From the NCBI GenBank assembly GCA_010093745.1, contig MU005960.1:310636-374635 (forward strand): a stretch of 64,000 bases of DNA, given 5' to 3'. Shown here piece by piece: positions 36,715-48,847 of this stretch (position 1 is its first letter; each line of letters starts with the position of its first letter). A program made the translations under genes and the position numbers. Under the pieces are notes generated by a model that saw nothing but the letters and a program-made list of their open reading frames with translations, did no database searches and was not told the DNA's origin. Source of the stretch: Piedraia hortae CBS 480.64 (lineage: Eukaryota).

Positions 36715-37424
36715 ATGTCCAATATTTCTGTCACAATATGCGGCCAGGGTGGGTGCGGTAAATCATCCATCACGCTTCGGTTCGTGTGCAATCAGTGGGA
36801 CCAAGGATATGACCCGACAATTGAAGACCGATACACTGTAGTGCGCACCGTCGACGGCGTCACCTACACTTTGAATCTGACGGATACGGCTGGGCAAGAA
36901 GAATATCGTGAGCTCTGGCGCTTATCGAGAGTGCAGTCAGACGCCTTTCTGCTTGTTTACGACATAACCCAACCAGGCTCTCTAGAAGCGCTTGAGTTGT
37001 TCAACCAGACAGTGGAGGCCCAGTGCCAGGCAGCTATGGATCTTGGCCATGTCGTGCCCGTGTGTCTTGTCGTCGGCAACAAATCCGACCTCGAGTCTAC
37101 GCGTCGCGTGCCCATCCAGGATGGATTCGTTTGGGCTCATGCGCGGGGCTATGGCTTCGTTGAGGCGAGTGCCCGGACAAATTCCAACATCGAACAGATC
37201 TTCACATGTGAGTTGCTATGATATGTTTGCGCGTCATCGTCGCTGACAATTCAGCCTTGGTCCGCAATGTGCGAGACGCTCGACAGAGAGCGACGCTACC
37301 CGTGCGTGGCAGCCAATTTGCATGGGATGAAGATAGTCACGCCAAAATTGATGGCCACGCGATCAAGCGGCATCGCCGACTTTGGTGGCGGTGGAGACGC
37401 CTCTCCAGGCTAACTTATCGGTGA
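36715..37424 (+). CDS. Ras-family small GTPase (no CAAX box)
   Basis: GQGGCGKS, YDPTIED, DTAGQEEY, NKSD, EASAR. Intron 37208-37254. Basic, Trp-rich C-terminus. Confidence 0.85.
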
Positions 37425-38089
37425 AATGTCACCCAAGGCTTGTTCAGGAAAGCGACTGGTGCCGAACAAACGCTCGAGCTGATCGCTCGACGTTGCTACG
37501 TTACGTTACACGTTATATCAGCCTTCGAGATTCAAGTGACACATGTTGCCTCTTGTTGTCTTTGGGAACAATATCGATCTTGGGACTGCAAAGCGGCGCT
37601 CACCAAAGACTTAGCATCCGAGGGTACGCGGAAACTCTTATCATCTTCGATGATACCCGTCCCCGACTCTGACGCTTCCAAATAAACGGGGATAAGCGAG
37701 GGTGGATCTGTGATCTGTGGGGCATTTGCGGGGTGCGGGGTTGAATCTTTGCCGGGAAGCGTCCGGAATTGGAAACTCGGTTTGTGAAGCCTCACCACGC
37801 TACCACATCGTTTGTTGAATCATCATATTATCTCATGTCTCGGAATTCATGACCCAGGAGTTTAAAGTCGGCGTGACGCAAGCGTCACGCCGATCGGCCT
37901 TGTGGTTCAATTCCCATAGCGGTTAGGGTATTACATCGGCTGATTCGTTGTTGCACCCAGCTGAACCGTGTAGACCCTGCGGCGCAGCTTCATGCAAGAC
38001 CCTGTTTCTGTTCCGTGTCCATAGCACGGCGGGTGTCGATTGGTTGCACTACATCCGTTCATGCGATGGATTGATGCGGACGTTTGATG

Positions 38090-38457
38090 TGATGGAGTCA
38101 AGCATCGCCGCTAGTGCGTATGCGGAACACTTGCACAGCAAGTCAGCGATAACTACACTACCAGCTGCACCCTAGGTTTTCCCCTCACAGAGATTTTCCC
38201 TCAGGGTCGTGTCATATGTGACATGGCGAATGCGCCCTGCTAGTGTACGACGTGACGTCACCGGCCCACCGGTACAGAAAATTTATTCTGACGTCCACTT
38301 CCAGAGATAGATAGTCATTCACACTGTCATATCGACACTGGTATTGACTCATATCCATTTGCATCTGTCCTGTTCCAGTTGTCAATTTCTGTCTATCGCG
38401 TAGTTCTCTTAGTTCGGGACGCTTCGCACTTCCATCAACGAGAGCCTTATCGCTACA
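38090..38457 (+). mobile_element. LTR family A (no TSD)
   Basis: TGATGG..CTACA, full-length match to other A copies. Flanks TGATG and CTCTT differ. Confidence 0.88.
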
Positions 38458-39871
38458 CTCTTCTTTCCCGCCATGTTGATCGTGTAGGCCATTGAGCTTC
38501 CAAGGAAACCAACGCGCAGGATTCGCTAGAAAATGAGACAAACCACCGATACAATGGAGCTACTCACTTGCCTTGCTCGCCGAAAAATCAAGGACAAGGC
38601 GTTGGGTCTTCCCAACGAGGGTATGCCAACGAGGTATACAAAACCCTCGAAGATACGTGCCTATGTCAACGATGGTCGTCCACCAGATACGACAGCGCAA
38701 CTCGTCAAGAAATTGAGGACAGGAAGGCCACGAAGTAGCTAGAACGTCCAACCAAGACTGGGGTCAGATAGGTATTTACTGGCCAATGTTTGGGATCCCA
38801 TGGGAATCCCCGAGGAGCCAGAACAGCAACCTTTCCGCTTTCAACACTTGCCCCGTTGACACAACCTCTTCCTGATGCGGCTTCGCGGCCTCGACGAGCC
38901 CATGGAGGATCCAGACATCCGAGATGTGGATACCCTAATTTATCTTGGAGGTATAATAAGACCCGCTTCAAGTGATGCACTCAAAGCTGGGAATGCCAAG
39001 AAAGGGCCGCGTCGACATATGCGAACAGAGACAGAGGATATACGGTTTACTTGTCAATACAAGAAAGTAGCCTATCCGCTGGAGGGGATCTTTTGTAGCA
39101 GAATACACATCACGCTTTCTCCGCCATAATGAAACAGCTCTCCTGTTCTTCAAGTGATCTACGTAGGCTTTGTTTCTCTCACAGCAACCTTCAACTATAG
39201 TACCATACGTCAGCGTGCATATACTGTGCCCACCACTGGCCAGCAGCTTAGCGGTATATTGCCTGCCGCGACCAAAATCCCGTAGGCTTATTCTATATTT
39301 CGTCAATGAAATCTATCGGCTCCGCCTCTCTTCAGAAATGTAAACCTCACACACCATCCTGCAAAACTGCAGTCTTCCCTCTTTCCCCAAGGTCTTCATC
39401 CTCCACGTCATTTCCAAATCGCACCTACGTAATCACCAAACAACATTATAGTCCAAAACGCCGTAAATCTGGTCATATACATGCTTTCCCCTTGAGAAAA
39501 CCCGGCAAAACCTCCATCAGCAAAGTCTAAACCATAGTTTTCAATCTTGAGCTTAATGAGCCGCTCAATCGTCACTCCTAGAATTTTATGCTAGCTGGCC
39601 GCAAAGGATCCATGCGATTCTAGATCTTCCAGCTGCGCAGTTCTTACTTGATTCTGGATTGACCAGCTGCTCAAATTTTACTTGTTTCCAGATTAACCAG
39701 CTGCAAACTGTCACTTACTAGTCTTGAAAATAGTTCTGTAGCAACCGGCGTTTGCTATACTGCTATCTTGGCCGTCTTTCTTGAGAGGTGAGATTTCTTC
39801 TAGTTGAAGAAGTTCATGACGTAGCTAGGTATCAAAAAGAAACACGCAGCCCATGCATGCAGGTAATTAAC

Positions 39872-40121
39872 TGTCAGACGCTTGCCGAAGGTAGATAGGG
39901 CACCGGACTCTCCAGGGGTTTTACCTTGGAGGATGTTTCCCCTGCCGGTATCACGGCGAATGCGGTTCGGGCCGGGAAGAGAGTCTAGACCAATCTTGCG
40001 GTGCAAGCCTTCTCTAGACCTCAAACGGGTTCCATATTAAGGTATCACACACACACTGTTGACTGCGTCACCATTCACCAACCTCGAAGTGATGTGAGTA
40101 GATCCCTCTCTCGTTCTGGTA
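39872..40121 (+). mobile_element. Solo LTR family D (250 bp)
   Basis: TGTCAGA..TCTGGTA termini, perfect TSD TTAAC. Confidence 0.87.
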
Positions 40122-40150
40122 TTAACAGTCGATTGAAGGATTCCGCAGCT

Positions 40151-40507
40151 TGTATCGCACAACGCCTCAAAGTGTAAAGAACAGTAGACCCCGCCACTGC
40201 AGCCTCAACGAGGCCTCGGTTAATCCTAGGAACTTCCTGTTGGGGTAAGATTGCTTGGAAGCCTCGACTTCAATTATCGACCAATAGTCTATTCAAGGAA
40301 GCCGCAAGTTTCACTGCACAAAAGGCCGCCAGTGTATTGACCAGTAGGCCATGTGCTTAGGCGAGAAGTGAGCTTCGATCCGTCCCAGGAAAGACTCCTC
40401 CTGGAGGTGGGATTTCTTGAAAGCGTCGGCCTCTATGATTGATAATCTTAATACTTCCAGGAGGGAGTTTCTGGGAAGCCTCGACCTTTAAACGATCCTC
40501 CAATACA
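40151..40507 (-). repeat. Possible old LTR with three degenerate copies of the C-family hairpin motif
   Basis: TGTATCG..CAATACA ends. Units near 40225, 40383 and 40452 resemble aacttcctctatagaggtaaaaaccctgaggagtttcgacttc of LTR C. No convincing TSD. Confidence 0.4.
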
Positions 40508-41961
40508 TGCTCATCCGCTTTCTTGATAACGTTAGGTTGTTGGGGGAGATTTGATCAAGCGATCCACTTGCTGTGCCGGTTGCTGTGGAAAGATCCATTG
40601 GGATGAACGAGGCTCCTGGTTAGAATGAGAGATTCATGCGATGTTCTGGTAGGTTGAACATGTGTAGACAGGGAGAGATCTGCAAGGAGCTGAATACAAC
40701 CTCATTTTGCCATGTAGAGTCACTTCCTCTATGGCAATCGCCGTAACCAAAGCAGGTGTCATTCCCTTGGGGTATTCCCCTTTCAAAAAGTTTCGGTCTC
40801 GGGCTGTGTTCGGCTTCCCTGAACCTCGGCCTAGATTTTCTTTAGAGCTGCACTTTGTTGGATAGGGTTTCCAAAATTTATATTCGTAGATGACTCATCT
40901 AACAGCTAAGCTTTTGGCATCATCACCCCGTGTGCAATAGCATCGTCCCAGTAGTGACAGTCGATTCGGGGGTCTTATTGCTAGTTGCTATAGCAGCACC
41001 CCTGAGTAGAGGTCCCGAGAGGGTAGGGCTGCGATCAGCCGATTTTCATGTTCTTGAGTATGGTGAACGGGTGGAGAAAGAAGGCAAATTGGACTAATTT
41101 TTTTAGGTTTAGCGCAACAAGTTCAGGTTGCGGAGAGATGAAAATAAGCTGTGAAGCTGCTTGATGCAGGGCGCGACTACGTCTATTCCATGGCCTTTAA
41201 TTATATAAAGAAGAGGTCTCGTTGGACTGGTATGCCTCTCAGTGAGTTGCTGTTATCGCATGCGACATTACGATGTCATGGTCGCGACTCCATGGGTTTT
41301 ATTACGGATCTTTATGCTTCGGGTCAGTCGATTTTGGTAAGCTGGAGGAAGTTGAGTACTCCTACTTTCATGCAGGTGATAGACACCCTTCTCAGCGGCA
41401 ATACAGCTGGCACATGGTAGGAATACAGTTCAGCGGGGCTGGCAGGATGCGACTCCATCTTTGCTATGATGTCAGGCACAGCCGCAAAAAAATTTGCTTG
41501 GGCTGTTGTGTCTCTTGACGGGAAGACAGGAGCTGTTGTAATCGCATGCGGTGCTGTGACATCCTCAGAAGAGCTGCTCCGGCTACTGTGTCGCACCTTC
41601 CCGTTTCGTCAGACATTGCCGATCTCCCGGTGTCAGGAAGCCGAGGACACATAACGGCGCTAAAGCTGGCATGGGAACGATTGTTGAGGTATCAGTAGCT
41701 TCAGACCATTCCAGTGGCGGGTAGAAAGGACTTTCAGATGCAAAGAAACAATGGCCACTGCTCAAAGAGTTTGACCAATTTTTTACCCTTCGGCATTGCT
41801 TCCATGCCGTGACTACGCTGATGACTGTTATAGTGTAGTAAGCTTTGATAGCACGGAGAGATGCACGATTCGCTCTTGCTAGCTTGGCGGGACTTGGATT
41901 TATAGCTCTTGCGCGTGACACTTCCTCCTCCAAACTTCACTTTTCCAACAGCGAACATCCA

Positions 41962-42879
41962 ATGTCAAGTTTTTCCTCTTCTAACCCACCTTTCGGAGTA
42001 AATGAAGCGCATGCGTTGGTCACAGGCCAATTGCCACACTCTGTCTGTCCCCCACCGACGTCTGACTTGGTTGATGGCAATCGCTACGCTCCCGCCGTCA
42101 TGGAGGTGGCCCATGAGCGTGCTGTAGAGTACATGGTTAACCATTGGTATAGCAGCAACAGCGTGGTTCTAGCGGACGAGGACGACCTCAATCGGCCCCT
42201 GGAAATCGCCAAATTCTTTGCGCGGCTCATCTACCTTAGGGGTGTGCAGCGGCCGAGCCTCATCCTGGTAACTGAGCTCCAGCTACAGGTGTGGATGGAA
42301 GCTTTGAGCAATCAACTAACAGAACACGACTTCCTGGTCTATGATGGTGACCAGGACACTCGCCAGCGTATCCAAAACGAGATGCTGATAAGCCCAGTCT
42401 ACCCGCGTCGTTTGCTCTACAATGTCATTCTCATGACGCATGAAAGCGCAGTTGAGGATGCTGATTTCCTGACAATGTTTTCTTGGGAAATTTTGGCAAT
42501 TGACGAGGCCTACTTGGTGAAGTCGCCGGAATCGAAAATTTATCGTGCACTTGTCACTCTCCCCGTCAGATGCCGTATCTTCATCACAGACACGCCTTCG
42601 AAGTTTGGACCAAATGGACTTGCAGCGCTGTTGAGCTTTGCCTTACCATCGGAGTCGCAGGCAGTGATACATGGGCGAGGTAGCTACTTCTCTCGATTGA
42701 CGCCTGACGATACAGCGGAACAGATTAACGACAGAGTGGAAGAGCTTAACAAGAAATTGGAGCGAATCATGATCAAGCGTACCGTTGCAGAGATGGAAAG
42801 GGCACCGACACCCGCGTCGAGTTTCGGCTCGGTGCATGGGTCGTCGGAGCAAAGTGAGAGACGACATGCGACGCCATAG
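41962..42879 (+). CDS. Stand-alone degenerate Chd1/Hrp-type SNF2 ATPase lobe 1
   Basis: Colinear with the Chd1 N-lobe as recalled: VVLADEDDLNRP (vs ILADEMGLGKT), YDGDQDTRQRI, YNVILMTHE, WEILAIDEAYLVK (vs DEAHRLK), FITDTP (vs ITGTP). Open frame. Confidence 0.75.
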   Translation: MSSFSSSNPPFGVNEAHALVTGQLPHSVCPPPTSDLVDGNRYAPAVMEVAHERAVEYMVNHWYSSNSVVLADEDDLNRPLEIAKFFARLIYLRGVQRPSLILVTELQLQVWMEALSNQLTEHDFLVYDGDQDTRQRIQNEMLISPVYPRRLLYNVILMTHESAVEDADFLTMFSWEILAIDEAYLVKSPESKIYRALVTLPVRCRIFITDTPSKFGPNGLAALLSFALPSESQAVIHGRGSYFSRLTPDDTAEQINDRVEELNKKLERIMIKRTVAEMERAPTPASSFGSVHGSSEQSERRHATP

Positions 42880-43630
42880 AATGGCAAAGAAGACTACATG
42901 GAGGGACTGTGCAAATCTGCGAAATCTGGTTGCGAGAGCAGCTTATCAGAAACTGCAAAAATCAACGGTGTATTTTAGATTGTCGAAGACTGGATGCGGG
43001 TATGATTAGAACTGATTGTGATGCCATAGAAGCATATATAGGTCGATCGTGATGTTTTGAGATTGATTACTTCTTTCAACTCCCATTTCGCTTCTGTCCA
43101 TTCTTACACGAGCGCATACGCTGTTGCCATCACCTTTCAATTCGTCGCCGGAACAGACAGAGCGAACGATCTCCCTTTGCGTGCGAAACAGTCCAGCGAC
43201 CGTGTGAGGCTTCACGCTCCTGACAAGCTCCATATAACCAGGATCACACTGCTGAACACCAATAGAGCGTCGTGGAGTCTGGCGTTGCTCGCTTCAGAAT
43301 GACGGAAATCCCTTGCCAAACAGTAGAAGTAACGTACATAATCACATCTTAACATTGCAATGAAGAGAAATTCGGTCTGGCTGTGTACCTACCAAAGGCG
43401 GCGGCCATGCAGTGTGCTTTACTTAAAGGATCTGTGAGCGAGGGCAGAGAAAGGTTTGCTCTATGGGGCTAGTGTACTAATTGCCTTGCATTGTGATTGG
43501 GCGGCGTCAGTTGCCTAGCGCTGTCATCGGATTACTTGTACGAGAAAAGAACGGTCACGCCCCCTCCTCCCCATGAAAACCCCTTGTCATAGCGTTGCTG
43601 CTCTCCACATCAACTCGCACCATTCCATAA

Positions 43631-44542
43631 ATGACCATGCTGCATTGTGACAGATCTGACGCAGGAACAGTGTCCCAAACTCTTCAGTGCAAGGGCCAAA
43701 GTCTCAAGCCGCAGGACTCTCACCACCGCTTAGCCGGCAAGGAAAAGGAAAGTGCAAGCCTGAACATGAAGAAAGGCGAGGGGGTGCATAATGAACACAC
43801 TGAACAGGCAGAAGACGAAGATGAAGACGTGTCAGAGTCAGTTCAGGACTACAGCGATAAATCAGCTGATTAGGATTCGTCTACGGATAATGGCTCAGAG
43901 TCGGGGAACAGTGATGCTTCGTCTGACGGCCCGGTATCCACTCTAGTCCTTCCGCGCGATATCTGGTACTCGGAAAAGATAGAACGGAAATGGCAACAAA
44001 TTGTCCAGCAAACGATGGCCAGCACTGAGGCTGTCCTCCTCGACTTCCCTTTAATCAATGATTCGTCCCCGCCGATCGAAGATCTCGACCCATTCGACTT
44101 GAACGAATCCTCGCCCAAGATACAAGATGAAGAGTCCATGGCCGAAGACCTCATCAACCAGCATAAAGCAACGTGCGACTCTGATATATGTCGAAATGCC
44201 TATGAACTCATCACGTCCAGCTTCTTTGACCTCATACAAGACCTTGACGCGAGGGACATTGACAGCGGCAACGAAGAGCGAATCGCAGATATCAATGAAG
44301 CCTGCCTCAATAACTTGCTACGAAAGCTGAAGTTACTCGCTGGCTTCCAGCAGTATCTCCAGAAGCACTGTCCATCGGGTGCAACGTCTTCTTCCCCGGA
44401 TGCGGAAAGAGCATCAAAAGGGCTGAGATTGTTCAGAGTGTCTACCCTGTGGAGCCAGGAGACAAGTCCCAAACGCAGGGCAGTACGTGATCCTTCGGGA
44501 GAGATGCCAATGATGAAGCGGAGGGATACTCACCGTGAATAG
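43631..44542 (+). pseudogene. Acidic hypothetical protein with one in-frame TAG
   Basis: ORFs 43631-43873 and 44015-44542 share a frame and the sequence between reads on as D/S-rich protein past TAG 43871. Confidence 0.5.
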
Positions 44543-44773
44543 GAGCAGGGATATGACCTGTTGGATGAAAATAACAAAGATAGTTGGCACGATGTATGGA
44601 TAAATGGTACTGCTAGGGAAATGCGTAAAAGTACATGTTTTGGTTCACAATAAGAACCTACGTCTACACTACCCCTACACTCATCATACGCCCTAAGAAA
44701 TATTCGGTCACTTGAATCATAAAAGTTCCTCTCTACCGTCCGTACACCCATCTTAACGAGGAGCAGTATAGTA

Positions 44774-45322
44774 CTAACACTCCTTCTCCCTCAACCCACA
44801 ATCCCACACCTTCTCCACAGCACATTTAGCCCGCATCGCCCCGTTATCCACACTTCCCCCGCCGCTAGAGCTCGTAGATCGAGCGCTGGAATTTACTAAG
44901 ACCTTGCCTCCGCTGTATGTGCTGTTGCGCGAGCTGTTGGAGCTGTGGGAGCTCATAGAAATCTGCGCGGTACGGATGCTGCGTGAACTCTGTGTGCTGT
45001 GCCCGCTTTGCGTGCCGCGCAAGCTCTTAGGACTCTGAGAGCTCTGCGCTGTATGACTGCTGCGCTCGATACACCCGGCCTGTGTGCTCTGCGAGCTCTT
45101 CGAGCTATTGTTGCTACGCTCTTTCTTAGGCCCCTCCGTGCGACCGCTGCGCTCTCCATGCAGATGATGAAGCACCAACGAGTCGACTGTTTTGGCGCCT
45201 ATTCCGTTGACATCCACATCAGCAGAGGATTTCGAGGAATATGTGGGCCTGACTGTCGCTGTACAGTACTTCAAAGATGAATAAGTCGTTTTGCTGCCAC
45301 TGCTGGTATTAAAGGGAGGCAT
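44774..45322 (-). CDS. Ser-rich low-complexity hypothetical protein
   Basis: 182-aa ATG-started ORF with repeated SS.S.QS motifs, divergent from TERT. Confidence 0.45.
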   Translation of the reverse strand: MPPFNTSSGSKTTYSSLKYCTATVRPTYSSKSSADVDVNGIGAKTVDSLVLHHLHGERSGRTEGPKKERSNNSSKSSQSTQAGCIERSSHTAQSSQSPKSLRGTQSGHSTQSSRSIRTAQISMSSHSSNSSRNSTYSGGKVLVNSSARSTSSSGGGSVDNGAMRAKCAVEKVWDCGLREKEC

Positions 45323-45593
45323 GGCTTAAGACTCTCGAATGGTTTCTTAGGTGGAAGAGTAGTTGGGGTGGAACGCAGACCTGTTGGGCGTCGAGGACGT
45401 ATGGGAACAAGCAACCGCGTGAGTGCTTCTGATACTATGTCCCGTGGATGTCTGCGTCGCTTTATATGTGAATACTCTCAATATTTTTCACTCTGTGGGG
45501 AAAGAATTTGACACCTGCCTAATCTAGCGATGTGGAGCTCGGCACGGGCCGTCCCGACGTCTACAACCTCTCCCGTCTCCTCGCGAAATCGTC

Positions 45594-48500
45594 ATGACGA
45601 AGCGCCTACGCGCAGACGAGAACGAACGAGGCCAGAAACGCGTCAAGACCTCCAACCCGACTCCCACTCACCCGACATGGCCCCTCCTGCAAGCATATTA
45701 CCGTGACGTCTCCACCTTGCGACAATTCCTCTTATCCCCATCTGCCGGCCTCCCAGCCGACGTCCGCCAGACGATCAAGTACTGCGGCTCCTCCCTCGAT
45801 GATGACGCAACGCTAGTCCACCTCCTCGATAGTGCGATCGTTGGAGTCCCAAGCTCCCCTCAAATTGCGTTCTCGCAACGGGACCTCTCTGAGCACATCA
45901 AGCAACTTGCGTTACTGAAAGGCGAAGTCTTACAACGCGGCAGGTTCACACAGACGCAGATAGTGGATTTTGTGATCTGGCATCTCATCGGCAAGGACTC
46001 TTGGAATCGGAAGTATCATTTGCTGAGTCACGGGTTTTATAGTAGGATTGCGAGCGCAAAGGGTGCGGATGTGCAGGTTGTTCCCGGCGCACCGGGGGTT
46101 TTGGTCGCGCATCACAATCCGTATGTTGAGGCGTTGAGGGAACATCCTTGGACGGCGCTTTGTCGCCTTGTTGGGAGTAGGGCTGATGAGGTTTTGAGTC
46201 GGCTGTTGCTTCAGTGTGGGGTCTTTGTGCCGGTGGGAATGTCAGGGAATTTGAGCCAGATTAGTGGGATTGCGATGTATAAGTTGAAGAGGAAGAGTAA
46301 TGGGGAGGGGAGAGGTGAGCAGACGGGTGGTGTGAGAGTTCATCTTGTGAGTCACAGGATGGTTCTGAGACGGCCGGCGCTGGGGGCTAATGGGAATGTT
46401 GTTTTTGGGCTTGGGCCGAAGCATGTTCTTAATGTTTATCGAGATCTGGAGGACAGCGGTCAGACACGGCATGTTTTGAAGTTTGTCTTTCCAAGACAGT
46501 TTCGTTTGCAGAATGTGTTTGTTCAGGAACCGGATTCGGACAGGTGCCAGAATTACCAGTCTCGCGAGGATGAGGTTAAAAGTTTGCGGACGAAGAATCG
46601 GATACCGAAGCGGCTGGGTAATGGTGCCTTGGAGCTCGTATATCGCCTAAGGAAGAGACACGCGAGATGTTCCTACCATGCTCTTTTGCAGCACTACTGT
46701 CCACCGACTGTGAGTGGGACAACGGTCCCATCAGAGTCGATGACTCTCGCGACAGATACAACCCAAGTATCAGCTTTTTGTCATGCTGTGATTTCCAAAG
46801 TTTTCCCCGCCGAATTCTGGGGAGACGGAGCAGTTAGAGAGCACAACCAAAGAGCACTAATGGTAAGCGTCGATCGATTCATAAACCTGCCCAGGTTCAC
46901 GAGCATGAGTTTGAACACCGTCCTTGAGCCCATGCAGGTGCAAAGCGTATCGTGGCTGATTCCGCCGCAATGCTATGCCAAGCACATGAGCAGGACAGAC
47001 TTTACGAAAAGGCGTGAGCTCCTGGCTGAGCTGATATACTACTTGTTTGATTCTTTTCTGATCCCACTTATCGGCGGTTGTTTCCATGTCACCGAATCGA
47101 ACATGCAGCGTAACAAGCTCTTCTATTTTCGGCATGATGTTTGGAAAGCCATGACCGAGCCGGCTCTCGCAAGTTTAAGGAGCTCGATTTTCGAAGAGTG
47201 TAGTAAATCCGTCGCCCAGAGAATGTTGTCAGCAGATTCGCTTGGTGTAAGCCAGTTGCGGTTCCTGCCCAAGGAGAATGGAATGCGTCCTATAATGAAT
47301 CTCCAGCGGCGTGCGTCGAAGATTCAGAGTGGAAGTGGTAAGAGCATCAATGAGGCTCTGACTCCGGCTTTTAGTGTGTTGAATTATGAGAGGGAAAAAG
47401 CTCCTAAGTTACTGGGCTCGGCCTTGTTCTCGGTTGATGAGATACTCCCTCGTCTGCGCGCTTTCCGGGCCAGCCTGAAGCGGCAGAAGCTAGACGGTCG
47501 CCGCTTGTATTTTGGGAAGCTGGACGTGAAAGCATGCTTTGATACCATTCCTCAGCAGAAATTGCTGGCTGTGGTTCAGGAAGCCCTTCAGGGGGACAGT
47601 TACCAAGTCTCCGAATATGCGAGAGCAAAGCTCATTGGAAGCAGCTCAGGGACTAAGCCGTCGTGGAAGCATGTCACCAAGGCGAGCTCAAACAAGAGCG
47701 CATGCGCACTTGACGACAAGACGGCAGAGGAGATCCTGCGCGGCCGCAACAGAACCGTGTGCGTGGACCTTGGTATGCAGAACACCGAAAGCTGTGACAA
47801 CATCTTGAAACTGTTACAGGGCCATGTCCTGGGCAATATGGTCAAAGTTGGCAAGAGCTTCTATATCCAAAAACGAGGCATCCCGCAGGGCTCAAAGGTG
47901 TCATCTTTGCTATGCAACTACATTTACGGCGATTTAGAGCAAAAGGTCCTCGCTTTCTTGGGCGAGAACAGCCTGTTGCTTCGTATGGTGGACGATTTCC
48001 TGGTCATCAGCACGGAGAAAGATGTAGTCGAGCGTCTGATGAAGCTCATGCACAATGGCCTGCCGGAATACGGAGTGCAAGTCAAGGCGGAAAAGAGCAG
48101 GACGAATTTCCCTCTCGTCGCCGCTGGTCAAAGAATCACCTCGTTGCCACAAGCGACAGACTTTCCGTTTTGCGGCCATGCCATCAACACCATCTCACTC
48201 GATTTGACAAAGGACCATGAAAGACAAAAGGCCGAAACCAGCATTGCTTACTCCAAAGCACCCGGTCACAGTTTCCGCCGCAAAACGCTCAATGCACTGA
48301 AACTTCAGATGCACGCAATGCTGCTGACGACGGAGTACAACAAGGTGCAGACGGTCCTTTACAACGTCCACCGGGCTTTCAGTATCACGGCACAGAAGAG
48401 TAGAAGCTTGATTCGTGCTCTGCCAAGACAACCGAGGGATCAGTTGATTATAGGTCAGCTATTTCACATTCGCAATGGTGGCATTGAGCTAATCGTTGTC

Positions 48501-48838
48501 TACCCAGAAACTGTGGAGGAGCTGATAAACCTTGCATCCGCGCTCATACGGCGACGGAAACACATTGGAAGGCAAATGATACCCTTTGAATGTGAAGTGA
48601 GCCGGGCTCAAGTACGATGGTGTGTCAACCCCATCCCGTTTTCCATCTCGTAGCTAACCTCATCAGGCTTGCTTGTTCAGCATTCTACACCGCCTTTCAG
48701 CGACGAACGCAGCATCAAGTGCTGCTAGTTTGGCTGCGTTCCGAGCTGGACAATCCAGGCGTTCGGGCCCAACGCAGCATCTGTCAGCCTGCCATCTGCA
48801 GCAAGCAGAGTAGAGGGGTAAAGAAGAGGTCACGATAA
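45594..48838 (+). CDS. TERT: Telomerase reverse transcriptase
   Basis: T motif FHVTE..FYFRHDVW, motifs 1/2 LRFLPK/MRPIMNL, A KLDVKACFDTI, B' GIPQGSKVSSLLC, C LLRMVDDFL, E PFCG. Predicted introns 48454-48507 and 48620-48666; last exon WLACSAF..TAA 48838. Confidence 0.95.
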
Positions 48839-48847
48839 GAAGGCCAT

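Noticed and set aside
37849..37920. tRNA-Sec-like gene (GTGGTTCAATTCC T-arm similarity)
   Set aside because: No D arm, acceptor stem or UCA anticodon arm can be folded.
37921..37929. ACCCTAACC on the minus strand as a telomerase RNA template
   Set aside because: A 9-mer with 12 allowed permutation/strand forms is expected about three times by chance in 64 kb. It is not the UAACCCUAA register of Neurospora TER and no pseudoknot or CR4/5 was recognisable.
38533..39130. Tc1/mariner transposase remnant (RTGRPR)
   Set aside because: Only one short motif, with no DDE region or TIRs found.
45594..48838. RT as a retrotransposon or Penelope-like enzyme mobilising the LTRs
   Set aside because: The T motif, overall length and spliceosomal introns identify canonical TERT.
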